Of a DNA stretch of 64,000 bases, positions 11,636-24,759 are shown piece by piece. This DNA comes from Mobula hypostoma (taxonomy: Eukaryota): NCBI RefSeq assembly GCF_963921235.1, contig NC_086101.1, positions 12,278,001 to 12,342,000 on the forward strand, in the 5' to 3' direction. Both the position numbers and the translations under genes were made by a program. The notes under the pieces were generated by a model. It saw nothing but the letters and a program-made list of their open reading frames with translations, made no database searches and had not been told where the DNA came from. Each line of letters starts with the position of its first letter. Positions within the stretch are counted from its first letter, which is position 1.

Positions 11636-13354
11636 AGCCCCGACTCACTCGGCTCTGCACTGGTGCCTTCAACCTGTTACTTTTCCATGCTTTATCTCCC
11701 CGAAGCAGCTGATTAAAGTGTGACACAGGAACCTTGTCCAGTGTAAACACAGGTGTTGGGCACAACAGCACTTTCCATCTGTCACTCGCTCGTAAGCAAA
11801 GAACAGTTCCCCAAACCCAGCATCAGCGTTTAGAAGGTAAAAAGTAGATCAGGTCAACACAGAACAGGCCCTTTGTCCCATAGTGTTGTGCCCAGCTATG
11901 TGATCGATCTAATCCTTCCTTCTCCCATAGCCCTCCGATTTTCTTTCATCCGTGTGTCTATCTTAAAGTCTCTTAAATACCCTTAACATACCTGCCTCTA
12001 CCACCACTCCCGGGAGTGTGTTCCAGGCACTCACAACTCTCCGTGTAAAAAAACCTACCTCTGGCATCCCTCTTCACCTTCCTCCACTTACTTTAAAAGT
12101 ATGGCCCCTGTATTAGCCATTGCCACTCTTGGGAAAAAGGCACTAGCTGTCCATTCTATCTGTGCATCTTATTATCTTATCGACATCTATCAAGTCTCGT
12201 CTGCTCCTCTGCACTCCAAAGAGATAAGTCTTAGCTCACTCAGCTTTTCCTCATAAGATATGCTCCCCAATCCAGCCGAAATCCTAGTAAATCTCCTCTG
12301 CCCCCTCCCTAGAACTTCCACGTCCTTCTTATAATGAGGCGACCAGAACTGAACACCATACTCCAAGTGTGGTCCAACCAGAGTCTGGGTGTGAAGCATG
12401 CAAAACGAAGTTTTTCACTGCATGTGACAATAATAAACCAATGTAATACCCTCAAAGCCCCTTCAAACCAGGAAGGGGTAAATCACATCCAGAGGGCTAA
12501 GTGAGTGGCAATGTGCCATGGTTAAAAGGGTGGGGGGAGCTTCAGGTTCCGGGGACTGAACATCACCAGTAGCCTGTCCTGTTCAAACCACAATGATGTC
12601 ACGGCCAAGAAAGCTTGTCAACACTTCTACTTCCTCAGGGGGCCAAAGAAATTTGGCATTGACCATCATTAACTTTTACTGATGGACCTGAGAGAGTATC
12701 CTACCCGAATGCATCATGCCTTGGTATGGCACCTGCTCTGCCTGCGACCGCAGGAAGCTGCAAAGAGCGATGGACACAACTCAGCACATCACAGAAACTA
12801 GCCTCCCCTCCGTGGACTCTGTCTAAACTTCTCACTGCCTCGGTAGAGCAGCCAGAATCATCAAAGACCCCACCCACCCCAGACGTTCTCTCTTCTTCCA
12901 TCGGACAGACGATACAAAAGCCTGAAAGCATGTACCACCGGGACAGCTTCTATCCTGCTGTTAAAAGACTATGGATTAGGCCACTAATGTTGTAAGATGG
13001 ACTCTTGACCTCACAATCTACCTCATCTTGGCTCTGCACCTTGTCCTCTACCTGGCCTGCACTTTCTCTGTAACAGTAACATTTTGTTCTGCATTCTATT
13101 ATTACTTTTCACTTGTCCTACCTCAGTGTTCTGATCTGTATGGATGGCATGTAAAATAGTGTTTTACAGTACCTCAGGTTCATCTGAAAATAATAAACTG
13201 AATATAATGGAAGTGTTAATACTTCAATGAAGTGAATGTCTGTCTTGACCAAATGACATTAAGAATGTAATTTTTTGCATTATATAAATAATGTCCATAT
13301 CCTTCCACTTATGATTAAAGGTTATTTTTTAACAGTATTGTTTTCCCCACTCAC

Positions 13355-13504
13355 CGTGCCTCTGGTGTCCTGTCAGTGCACACTTCTCCTCACCGTCCTC
13401 TCGGTAGCCAGAAAGGCAGGGACCGCAGTCCTGTGACCCAGCGGGACAATGGTTGCGGCGGCGAAGGGCACAGTCCAGAGGACTAGGACAGCTGGGTGCT
13501 ACAT
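13355..13504 (-). CDS. NPDC1L: NPDC1-like Cys-rich exon (DVAPSCPSPLDCALRRRNHCPAGSQDCGPCLSGYREDGEEKCALTGHQRH)
   Basis: Strong acceptor ttttcttgtcctttctgtctcag, donor G|gtgagt, 150 nt, phase 1-1; matches the NPDC1 CPxxLDCALxRRxxCPxGxxxCGPCL signature. Confidence 0.9.
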
Positions 13505-15989
13505 CTGAGACAGAAAGGACAAGAAAACGAGTGGCTGAGATTTATTGTCCTCCAGAGCCTGCCGAACCTTCTGCCCAGGCTGAAGGGAGAAAAGGTTTAG
13601 CTGTGTGCATGCTTGATATTGGCAGGGACCTTGGCCACACTGAGCCATCAGTGGAGGGGGCTTTCAACTCAGCTTGTGGTCAGCTGTCATTTCCCCTGTG
13701 CCTCTGCTGGCAACCCTGTGAACAGAGAACATAGAACAATACAACACAGGAACAGCCCCTTGGGCCCAAAATGGTGTGCTGAACCAAACCAATTAGTAAT
13801 CAAATGGCCTTCTAAACTTACCCCATGTCTACACAATGTCCCTATCCTTCCATTTTCCTCACATTCATGTGCCTATTTAAATATCTTTTAGAAGCCCCTA
13901 ATGTTTCTGCCTCTACCACCACCCCGAGCAGCACATTCTAGACACCCACCACTCTCTGTATAAAAAAACTTGCATCTAACACCTCCTTCAAAATTAGCCC
14001 CTCTAACCTTAAATGCATATCCTCTGGTACTAGACATTTCAACCCTGGATGTTGTCTGTCTCCTCTGTCTATAGCTCTCATAATCTTATTAACCTCTATC
14101 GATCTCTCCTCCACCTGTCCAACCTCTTGGTATAGTACATGCTGTCTAATCTAGGCAGCATCCTGGTAAACCTCTTCTGGATCTTCTCCAAGACCTCGAC
14201 ATCTTTTCCTGTAATGGGGCGACCAGAATAATATGCAATACTCCAGGTACTGCCTGACAAGATAATTATAAAGCTGCAATATAACTTCCTGACATTTGAA
14301 CACAATGCCTCAACTAATAAAGGCAAGTATACCACATGACTTTCTAACCACCGTATCAACCTGTGTAGCCATTTTCATAGAGCTATGAACTTCAACCCCA
14401 AGATCCCACTGCACATCAACACTGTTAAATTCTCTGCAAAGAGGTCATCCATTGTTCCCCGCTCCTCGTCAAAGGGCCAGCAGTGAAAAAGGTGGGCAGC
14501 TTCAAGTTCCATCTCACCATCTCTGAGGATCTGCTCTGGGCCCGCCACATTGATGCAATCATGAAGAAGGCACACCGGCGAACGTATTACATTAGGAATT
14601 TGAGAAGTTTTGGTATGTCACCAAAGACTCTAGCAAATTTATACAGAAGTACGGTAGAGAGCATTCCGAGTGATCGCCTCACCACCTAGTTTGGAGGATC
14701 GAAATGCAGAGTACTGCAGAAAACTGCAGAAGGTCTATCATAGGCATAAACCTCCCCATCATCAAGACATCTTCAAGGTCTGTACCACTCAGGACCCACA
14801 CCTTCTTCTCGTTACAATCATTGGGGAGGAAGTTTAGGAGCCTGAAGACCACAGCTTCTTGCCAACTGCCATCATTTTTCTGAAGCAATGAACACTAACT
14901 AACTATTCCTTTTTTTTGCACTATTCCTTTATTTTTGTACTTAAAGTAATTTAGTATATTGACAGTGTACTGCTGCTGCAAAACAATCAATGTAATATCA
15001 CTTAAGCAGTGATAATAAATCTGATTCTGATTCACAGGTGCTCCAGACAACATTTAAGACCTGGGAACAGGATTGACCATTGAGCTCCTCAAGCCTGACC
15101 TACCATTGAATAACACAGAAAGTACTGGAGGAACTAACTGGGTCAAGCAGCATCTATGGTTAAGTCAAGAACAGGAACGCAGCAGAGGTCACAGAGACGG
15201 AGCAGTGAGGGTGGGTCTCACAGAACTTCCGTCAAGAGAAAGAGAAAAACTATTTCAAAATGGGCACGGCTTGATGAGACCTCACAGTGGACTAGTGAAA
15301 TGGAGACACGAGGGACTGTAGAAGCTGGAATCTAGAGCAGCTGAAAGAGTGCTGGAGGGAAATTGATGCGATAAGCTTCTGCCTGGGCCTCTGAGATTCC
15401 CCCAGTGCTTCTTCTGTTGCTCCAGATTCCAGCATTTGCAGCCTCTTGTGCCTGTCACTCAATAAAATTCTTCAGCTTCTCACAAAACACTCTAACCGAC
15501 TACGACCGATAAACTGTTGAAAGTGTTCTGACTGGTTATATCATGGTCTGATGTGGGAATTTGAATGTAAAAAGCTGCAGGGTGTGGTGGGCTCTGCCCA
15601 ATACATCGCGGGAACATCCCTCCCCACCTTTGGTTGTATCTGCAGGAGGTGCTGCCTCAAAAAGGCAACATCATCACCAGCATCCGGGCCAGCTGCCATC
15701 GGGCAGGAGCTACAGAAGCCTGAAGTTCCACACCACCAGGTTCAGGAACAGCTACTTCCCTTCAGACATTTGGTTTTTGAACCAGCCAGCTAAACCCTAG
15801 CCACTACCTCAGTGTAATAACGCTGAGGCTATTTTGACCACTTTGCACTGCAGTCGACTGTACTCTTTTCCATAGACGCTGGCCTGCTGAGTTCCCACAG
15901 CATTTTGTGTGTGTTGCTTGGATTTCCAGCATCTGCAGATTTCCTCTTGTTTGTGCTTATATTTTTTGTTCAAATTGTGTTCATTCGTG

Positions 15990-16592
15990 CGTAAGACTTG
16001 TTGCATCCAGTGGCATGATCTCGGGGGTGGCTCCCGCTCCCCAACCAAACACTAGCACTCTTGTGTGGGTGGATTCTGCGTATGGTGTCCTCTGTGTAAC
16101 ATCAGTACCCGGAAATAACATTCAGTCCACAATGTGTGATTAAACGATTAAGGTTTTATATTTAAGTATGGGGTTAGAAGAGAAACAAAAGAAAAGGAAA
16201 ACAAATAAAAGGTGCCAATAATCTCATAAGCATGCCCAGTGTACAAACGTTGGAGCTCATGGATTCCCTTTCGCAGATCCTCCTTCGCTAGTCGGCCCCT
16301 GGGCTCCGGCCCCGATCCCAGGCCCAGCGGGTCCGGCCACCATCTCCTCAAGCCACGTCTTCTCTCTTCATCCTCCTTGCACCTTCTCCCTCAAGCCCAT
16401 GCAAACTAACAGCTTTCACACAGACAGAAAGAATAACATCTATCCCAATTGGTTAGCAAATGAATACAAGTCCCGTTATCACTAATTATAACCCAAACAG
16501 GCTGCTATAGAGAACCACTGTCTCAGCAGTTAACAGTACAGAGAAGCCATTTTATTCACCCTAGCAGTAACATAAAAGAAGAAACCCTTACA
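15990..16592 (-). mobile_element. Solo LTR, 603 bp
   Basis: Inverted ends (c)gtaag...cttaca; exact 4-bp TSD cgtg at 15986-15989 and 16593-16596. Confidence 0.8.
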
Positions 16593-17260
16593 CGTGTATA
16601 AGTTTGAATAATTTAATTTATATTTTCCTTGGGGATATTGTTAATGTGAGCTACCACAAGTAAGTTTCAAACACAAGAAAGTCTGCAGATGCTGGAAATC
16701 TAAACACCTTAAATTCCTCCTGAGCAGCCTCCAACCTAATGGCATGAATATCAATTTCTCCTTTCAGTAAACTAATTTTCCCCCCACCTTCCTCTATTCC
16801 CCACTGTGGCCTTTTACCTCTTTTCACCTGCCTATTACTTCCCCCCGGGACCCTTCCTCCTTCCCTTTCTGCTATGGTCCACCCTCCTCTCCTATCAGAT
16901 TCCTTCTTCTCCAGCCCTTGAACTTTTCCACCCACCTGGCTTCACCTATCACCTTCCAGCTAGCTTCCTTCCCATCCCATCCCACACCTTTTCATTTTGG
17001 CACCTTCCCCCTTCCTTCTCAGTCCTGAAGAAGGGTCTTGGCCTGAAAGTCGATTATCTACCCAATTCCATAGATGCTCTCTGACCTGCTGAGTTCCTCC
17101 AGCACTCTGTGTGTGTTTCTGCAGTTAAGTTTTTTATTGTACCTGTACATACCTGAATTTGTGCAGATGGCAATAAGCTTGACTTTGAATGTGGGCTGAT
17201 ATAACAGGGCTGTTTAGTCATATAGCATGCAATGGGTAATTGGAAAATTGGTTTATTATT

Positions 17261-20235
17261 AGAAACATAGAAACATAGAAAATAGGTGCAGGAGTAGGCC
17301 ATTCGGCCCTTCGAGCCTGCACCGCCATTTATTATGATCATGGCTGATCATCCAACTCAGAACCCCACCTCAGCCTTCCCTCCATACCCCCTGACCCCTG
17401 TAGCCACAAGGGCCATATCTAACTTCCTTTTAAACATAGCTAATGAACTGGCCTCAACAGTTTGCTGTGGCAGAGAATTCCACAGATTCACCACTCTCTG
17501 TGTGAAGAAGTTTTTCCTAATCTCGGTCCTAAAAGGCTTCCCCTCTATCCTCAAACTGTGACCCCTCGTTCTGGACCTCCCCAACATCGGGAACAATCTT
17601 CCCGCATCCAGCCTGTCCAATCCCTTTAGGATCTTATACGTTTCAATCAGATCCCCCCTCAATCTTCTAAATTCCAACGAGTACAAGCCCAGTTCATCCA
17701 GTCTTTCTTCATATGAAAGACCTGCCATCCCAGGAATCAATCTGGTGAACCTTCTTTGTACTCCCTCTATGGCAAAGATGTCTTTCCTCAGATTAGGGGA
17801 CCAAAACTGCACACAATACTCCAGGTGTGGTCTCACCAAGGCCTTGTACAACTGCAGTAGTACCTCCCTGCTCCTGTACTCGAATCCTCTCGCTATAAAT
17901 GCCAGCATACCGTTCGCCTTTTTCACCGCCTGCTGTACCTGCATGCCCACTTTCAATGACTGGTGTATAAAGACACCCAGGTCTCGTTGCACCTCCCCTT
18001 TTCCTAATCGGCCACCATTCAGATAATAATCTGTTTTCCTATTTTTGCCACCAAAGTGGATAACTTCACATTTATCCACATTAAATTGCATCTGCCATGA
18101 GTTTGCCCACTCACCCAACCTATCCAAGTCACCCTGCATCCTCTTAGCATCCTCCTCACTGCTAACACTGCCACCCAGCTTCGTGTCATCCGCAAACTTG
18201 GAGATGCTGCATTTAATTCCCTCATCCAAGTCATTAATATATATTGTAAACAACTGGGGTCCCAGCACTGAGCCTTGCGGTACCCCACTAGTCACCGCCT
18301 GCCATTCTGAAAAGGTCCCGTTTATTCCCACTCTTTGCTTCCTGTCTGCTAACCAATTCTCCACCCACACCAATACCTTACCCCCAATACCGTGTGCTTT
18401 AAGTTTGCACACTAATCTCCTGTGTGGGACCTTGTCAAAAGCCTTTTGAAAATCCAAATATACCACATCCACTGGTTCTCCCCTATCCACTCTACTAGTT
18501 ACATCCTCAAAAAATTCTATGAGATTCGTCAGACATGATTTTCCTTTCACAAATCCATGCTGACTTTGTCCAATCATTTCACCGCTTTCCAAATGTGCTG
18601 TTATCACATCCTTGATAACTGACTCCAGCAGTTTCCCCACCACCGACGTTAGGCTAACCGGCCTATAATTCCCCGGTTTCTCTCTCCCTCCTTTTTTAAA
18701 AAGTGGGGTTACATTAGCCACCCTCCAATCCTCAGGAACTAGTCCAGAATCTAACGAGTTTTGAAAAATTATCACTAATGCATCCACTATTTCTTGGGCT
18801 ACTTCCTTAAGCACTCTAGGATGCAGACCATCTGGCCCTGGGGATTTATCTGCCTTCAATCCCTTCAATTTACCTAACACCACTTCCCTACTAACATGTA
18901 TTTCGCTCAGTTCCTCCATCTCACTGGACCCTCTGTCCCTTACTATTTCTGGAAGATTATTTATGTCCTCCTTAGTGAAGACAGAACCAAAGTAATTATT
19001 CAATTGGTCTGCCATATCCTTGCTCCCCATAATCAATTCACCTGTTTCTGTTTGCAGGGGACCTACATTTGTCTTTATCAGTCTTTTCCTTTTTACATAT
19101 CTATAAAAGCTTTTACAGTCCATTTTTATGTTCTCTGCCAGTTTTCTCTCATAATCTTTTTTCCCCTTCCTAATTAAGCCCTTTGTCCTCCTCTGCTGAA
19201 CTCTGAATTTCTCCCAGTCCTCAGGAGAGCCACTTTCTCTGGCTAATTTGTATGCTACTTCTTTGGAATTGATACTATCCCTAATTTCTCTTGTCAGCCA
19301 CGGGTGCACTACCTTCCTTGATTTATTCTTTTGCCAAACTGGGATGAACAATTGTTGTAGTTCATCCATGCAACCCTTAAATGCCTGCCATTGCATATCC
19401 ACCGTCAATCCTTTAAGTGTCATTTGCCAGTCTATCTTAGCTAATTCACGACTCACCTTCAAAGTTACCCCTCTTTAAGTTCAGAACCTTTGTTTCTGAA
19501 TTAACTACGTCACTCTCCATGTTAATGAAGAATTCCACCATATTATGGTCACTCTTACCCAAGGGGCCTCTCACGACAAGATCGCTAATTAACCCTTCCT
19601 CATTGCTCAAAACCCAGTCCAGAATAGCCTGCTCTCTAGTCGGTTCCTCGACATGTTGGTTCAAAAAACCATCCCGCATACATTCCAAGAAATCCTCTTC
19701 CTCAGCACCTTTACCAATTTGGTTCACCCAGTCTACATGTAGATTGAAGTCACCCATTATAACTGCTGTTCCTTTATTGCACACATTTCTAATTTCCTGT
19801 TTAATACCATCTCCGACCTCACTACTACTGTTAGGTGGCCTGTACACAACTCCCACCAGCGTCTTCTGCCCCTTAGTGTTACGCAGCTCTACCCATATCG
19901 ATTCCACATCTTCCCGGCTTATGTCCTTCCTTTCTATTGCGTTAATCTCTTTTTTAACCAGCAACGCCACCCCACCTCCCCTTCCTTCATGTCTATCCCT
20001 CCTGAATATTGAATATCCCTGAACGTTGAGCTCCCATCCCTGGTCACCCTGGAGCCATGTCTCTGTGATCCCAACTATATCATAATCATTAATAACAATC
20101 TGCACTTTCAATTCATCCACCTTATTACGAATGCTCCTTGCATTGACACATAAAGCCTTCAGGCGCTCTTTTACAACTCTCTTAGCCCTTTTTAATGCTT
20201 GCCCTGGATTTGTCGGCCTGCCACTTTTACTTTTA
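17261..20235 (-). mobile_element. Young 5'-truncated CR1 LINE; ORF2 endonuclease (19446-20120) and RT (17357-19462) split by one frameshift
   Basis: VGITETW, MGDFN, SDH, YLDFQKAFD, GVPQGSVLGP and FADD motifs; (tttctatg)n tail at 17261. Confidence 0.97.
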
Positions 20236-20469
20236 CTTTGTCACATGTATTGAGGTAGAGTGAAAACGGCACGCCACTCACACAGATCATTCCAAAGAGA
20301 AGTACTTGGAGAGAGTATCAAAGGAAAATTAATAACAGAATGTAAAATACAGTGTTATAGTTACAGAGCAAGTAGGCAAAATAAAAGGTGCAAGGTCCAT
20401 GATGAGGTAAATTGTGAAATCAAGACTTTATTGCGTGTTAGGTCCATTCGATAGCAAACAAGAGAAAAT

Positions 20470-21645
20470 CTAAGCCCTATGTCAGGATGCTGTTCATCGA
20501 CTATAGCTCAGCATTTAACACCATCATTCCCACAATCCTGATTGAGAAGTTACAGAGCTTGTGCTTCTGTACCTCCCTCTGCAATTGGATCCTCGACTTC
20601 CTAACAGGAAGACCACAATCTGTGTAGATTGGTGATAATATCTCCTCTTTGCTGACAATCAACACTGGTGCAACTTAGGGGTGTGTGCCTAGCTCTACTC
20701 TCTCTGCACTCATGACTGTGTGGCTAGGCTTAGCTCAAATACCATCTATAAATTTGCTGACGGTACAACCATTGTTGGTAGAATCTCAGGTGGTGACGAG
20801 AGGGCGTACAGGAGTGAGATATGCCAACTAGTGGAGTGGTGTCGCAGCAACAACCTGGCACTCAATGCCAGTAAGACGAAAGAGCTGATTGTGGACTTCA
20901 GGAAGGGTAAGACGAAGGAACACATACCAATCCTCTTAGAGGGATCAGAAGTGGAGAAAGTGAGCAGCTTCAAGTTCCTGGATGTCAAATTCTCAGAGGA
21001 TCTAACCTGGTCCCAACATATTGATGCAGCTGCAAAGTAGGCAAGACAGCGACTGTACTTTATTAGGAGTTTGAAGAGATTTGGAATGTCAACAAATACA
21101 CTCAAAAACTTCTATAGATGTACCGTGGAGAGCATTCTGACAGGCTGCACCACTGTCTGGTATGGGGGGTGGGGAGGGTGGATGGCTACTTCACAGGACT
21201 GAAGGAAGCTGCAGAGGGTCATAAATTTAGTCGGCTCCATCCTGGCTACTGGCCTACAAGGTACCCAGGGCATCTTTAGGAAGCGGTGTCTCAGAAAGGC
21301 AGCGTCCATTATTAAGGACCCCCAGCACTCAGGCCATGCCCTCTTCTCCCTGTTACCATCAGGTAGGAGGTACAGAAACCTGAAGGCACACACTCAACAA
21401 TTCAGGAACAGCTTCTTCCCCTCTGTCATCTGATTCCTAAATGGACATTGATCCCGTGAACACTACCTCACTTTTGAAATATATATTATTTCTGTTTTTG
21501 CATGATTTTAAATCTATTCAATATGCATACACTGTAATTTATTTATTTTTTCTTTTTCTTCTAGATTATGTATCGCATCGAACTGCTGCTGTTAAGTTAA
21601 CAAATTTCACGACACATGCCGGTGATAATAAACCTGATTCTGATC
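20470..21645 (+). mobile_element. Rex1/Babar-like LINE 3' half
   Basis: KFADGTT and KTKELIVDFRK motifs; aataaacctgattctgat tail. Confidence 0.9.
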
Positions 21646-24199
21646 TAGAGATGCTGGAAATCCCAGCAACACACACAAAATGCTGGAGGAACTCAGCAGG
21701 CCAGGCAGCATCTATGGAAAAGAGGTCCATTCAATAGTCTCATAGCAATGGCGTAGGAGCTGTCCTGAGCCTGCTGGTATGTATTCTTAAGCCCTTGTGT
21801 GTTCTATCCGATGGAAGGGATGGGTGTTAGGGATGAAGAGAGGACGGCCAGGTTGGGAGGGGTAATCGATTATGTTGGCTGCCTTCCCAGTTATGGTACA
21901 CATCCGACTGCACCAGCTTCTGGGGTTTAGGTACTCTGATTCTCCAGAGTATGGATAGCTGGCGTGGTCCCTTTAAAGATTCAGGCCACTCTGCTAGTTG
22001 GTCACCATGCTTTAGTGCTAGGATTTGTATACTTAAAGAGCACCTGAACTCCGTTTCAGTGCTCAATTGTCGGCTCAACTTTAGTTCAGTCTGCAATTGC
22101 TTTTTTGATTTCTGTCTGATCTGGATTCTCATCCAGCATCTAGTCAAGAACCCTGTTCTCGTCTCAATCTCAAAATTGTGTCTCGAGCTTAGTCTCACGC
22201 CAGCACTTGGGTCCTCACTGTCCTCGCTTAGGCCTCTTGTCGCACTCCCAAGGCAATGGGAAGTGAGGATGGAGTGCACAGAGGGGAGGTTGACTTTCAT
22301 GATGGACCGAGTTGCAATTTCTTGTGGTCTTGGTGGGATGCTCCCTGTGGTGCATAGTCACAGAACATGCTGCCAGCAGAGGTTGGTGAAAGCAGATAAA
22401 ACAGAAACGTTGAAGAGGCATTTAGACAGGCATGTGAACGGGTAGGAACTGAGAGATATGGACCATTCTCATTAGCACCCCCTGCACCTCCATTCCCCTC
22501 GGCTATTAACCCCATCACTGCACTGTTAAAAACCTTAAAATCCTTTCTCATAATGTAAATGCATGCTGGTATTTATGTATTGATGCACATTTTATTCCAT
22601 ATCTGTACTTTAACCTCCAACTTTATTTTCTTATATGTGCACAAGAGATACTGCAGATGCTGGAAATTCAGAGCGACGCAAAGTCTTGATGAAGAGTCTC
22701 GGGTTTATTCCTTTCCAGAGATACCACCTGATCTGCTGAGTTCTACTAGCATTCTGTGTCTCTTTAATATAATTCTTTATTCTTTGTAATTGTTGAATAT
22801 TATCTTGTCACCTGAAGCATTGGTAAATTTCATACCATGGAGAACATTCTGACTGGCTGCATCACCATCTGGAAAGGGTGTGTGTGTTTGTGTGTGTGGG
22901 GGTCGGGTTGCTGCACAAGATCGAAATAAGTTTGTAGGAACTTATAAAATTAGCAGCTTCATCATTGGCACTAGCCTCCATTGTATCCAAGACATCTTCA
23001 ACCAGCAGGAAGGTGTCATCCGTCATTAAGGAACCCCAACACCCAGGACATGCCCTCTTCTCATTGTTACCGTCAGAAGGCATACACTCACTGATTCAGG
23101 AATAGTTTGTTCCCCTCTGCCACCCGATTTCTAAATGGACATTGAGCCCATAAAAACAGAACCTATCTATTTATCTATTTATTTATTTATTTATTTATTT
23201 ATGATGTTATTTGTTCTTATATCCAGCGGTGTCGAGACATTCTACAGAGGAAAGGTTAACACCCTGACACAGGGGTTCCAAGATAACAACCTCTCCCTCA
23301 ATGTTCAAAAAACAAAAGAGCTGGTCGTAGATTACTGGAGGAACGGAGACAGGCTCGTCGCGATCAGCATCAATGGGATTGCAGTTGAGAGGGTGAGCAA
23401 TTTCAAGTTCCACGGTATACACATCACCGAAGATCTCGTCTGATCTGTACACACCGGCTGTGTGGCAAAAAAAAACGTCTCCTCCACCTCAGGCGACTGA
23501 AGAAGTTCGGCATGAGCTCCCAAATCCTCAAGACCTTCTACTGGGGCACCATTGAGAGCATTCTGACTGGCTGTATCACCGCCTGGAACGGGAACTGCAC
23601 CAAACTTGATCGCTGGGCCCTGCAGAGGGTGGTACGGACAGCCCAGCGCATCTGTGGATGTGAACATCTACAGCAGGAGGTGCGTAAAGAAGGCCTGGAA
23701 GATCATCGGGGCCACCATAACCATAAATAGTTTTAGCTGCTTCCGTCTGGCAAACGGGACCGCAGCATTAAAGCCAGGACCAACAGGCTACAGGACAGCT
23801 TCTTTCTACAAGCCATTAGACTTAGAAATTCACATGTCTGTACATTGCGACAGAGTCATAATGCAAAGATTTTTACTCACTCACTTTGTGGGGATGTAAT
23901 ATTTAAATAAATTCAAATTCATTTAATTATTTTATATACATATATATTTACTGCAATTCAGGTTTTTCTCTCCATGTATCATGTATTGCATTGTACTGCT
24001 GCCGCAAAATTAACAAATTTCACGATCTATACCGGTGAAATTAAATCTGATTCTGATGTTCGGCACAGACGCCGAAGGGCAGGTTCCTGTGCTGTAATAG
24101 TGACGAGTTTTTACACGTAGCCCTCTGCAGCAAAGTGGAAAATGGATCTGTCAGTTTACTGTCTCGATAGAAACACTGATTTTTTTTTGGCCTCAGAGG

Positions 24200-24350
24200 G
24201 ACTTTATGTAAACGCAACAGTATGGAGATCCCTAGTGAACAGCATCAGGATGGTTCCCGAGTCCATCCCAGTAACCATGGCGACCCGATGACGGCCACAG
24301 TTTCTGCATGACGTCTGCGCCCGTCCCTTGCCTGGGTAAATATTTGCATT
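24200..24350 (-). promoter_or_regulatory. Putative promoter / upstream first exon of the NPDC1-like gene
   Basis: CpG-rich unique DNA; X-box-like gtaaccatggcgac (24271-24284) containing gccATGG on minus; CRE-like tgacgtc (24309); octamer atttgcat (24342). Confidence 0.45.
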
Positions 24351-24759
24351 TAAGGTTCGCTTGGGAGCGGGGCAATTCGTTGCTCGATCTGCTGTACACA
24401 CCCCCCCCCTCTCGTTTCGGAAACAATTCTAGCTCTTTCGGAAGGATCAATTTCTGTGGGATTGCTGAGAAAACCTTGTACAATGCTCGTTTTCTTTTTA
24501 AGATAAAATTTTTAAAAATCACATTTGCTTATCACGTGTACATGGAAGCATACAGTTTGCGTGAACAACCTACACGACAACACAATGATATGCCGGGGGC
24601 AGCCTGCAAGTGTCCTCGCACGTCCTGGCGCCAATATAGCATGCCTACAATGTTTGGGAACGAACTCTGGGGTAGTGTAGTGGTACCGTAGTGCAACCCT
24701 TTACAGTACAGTCGACTACCTGTAACTTATATGTTCTTCGCGCGAATTTCCTCCAGTTT

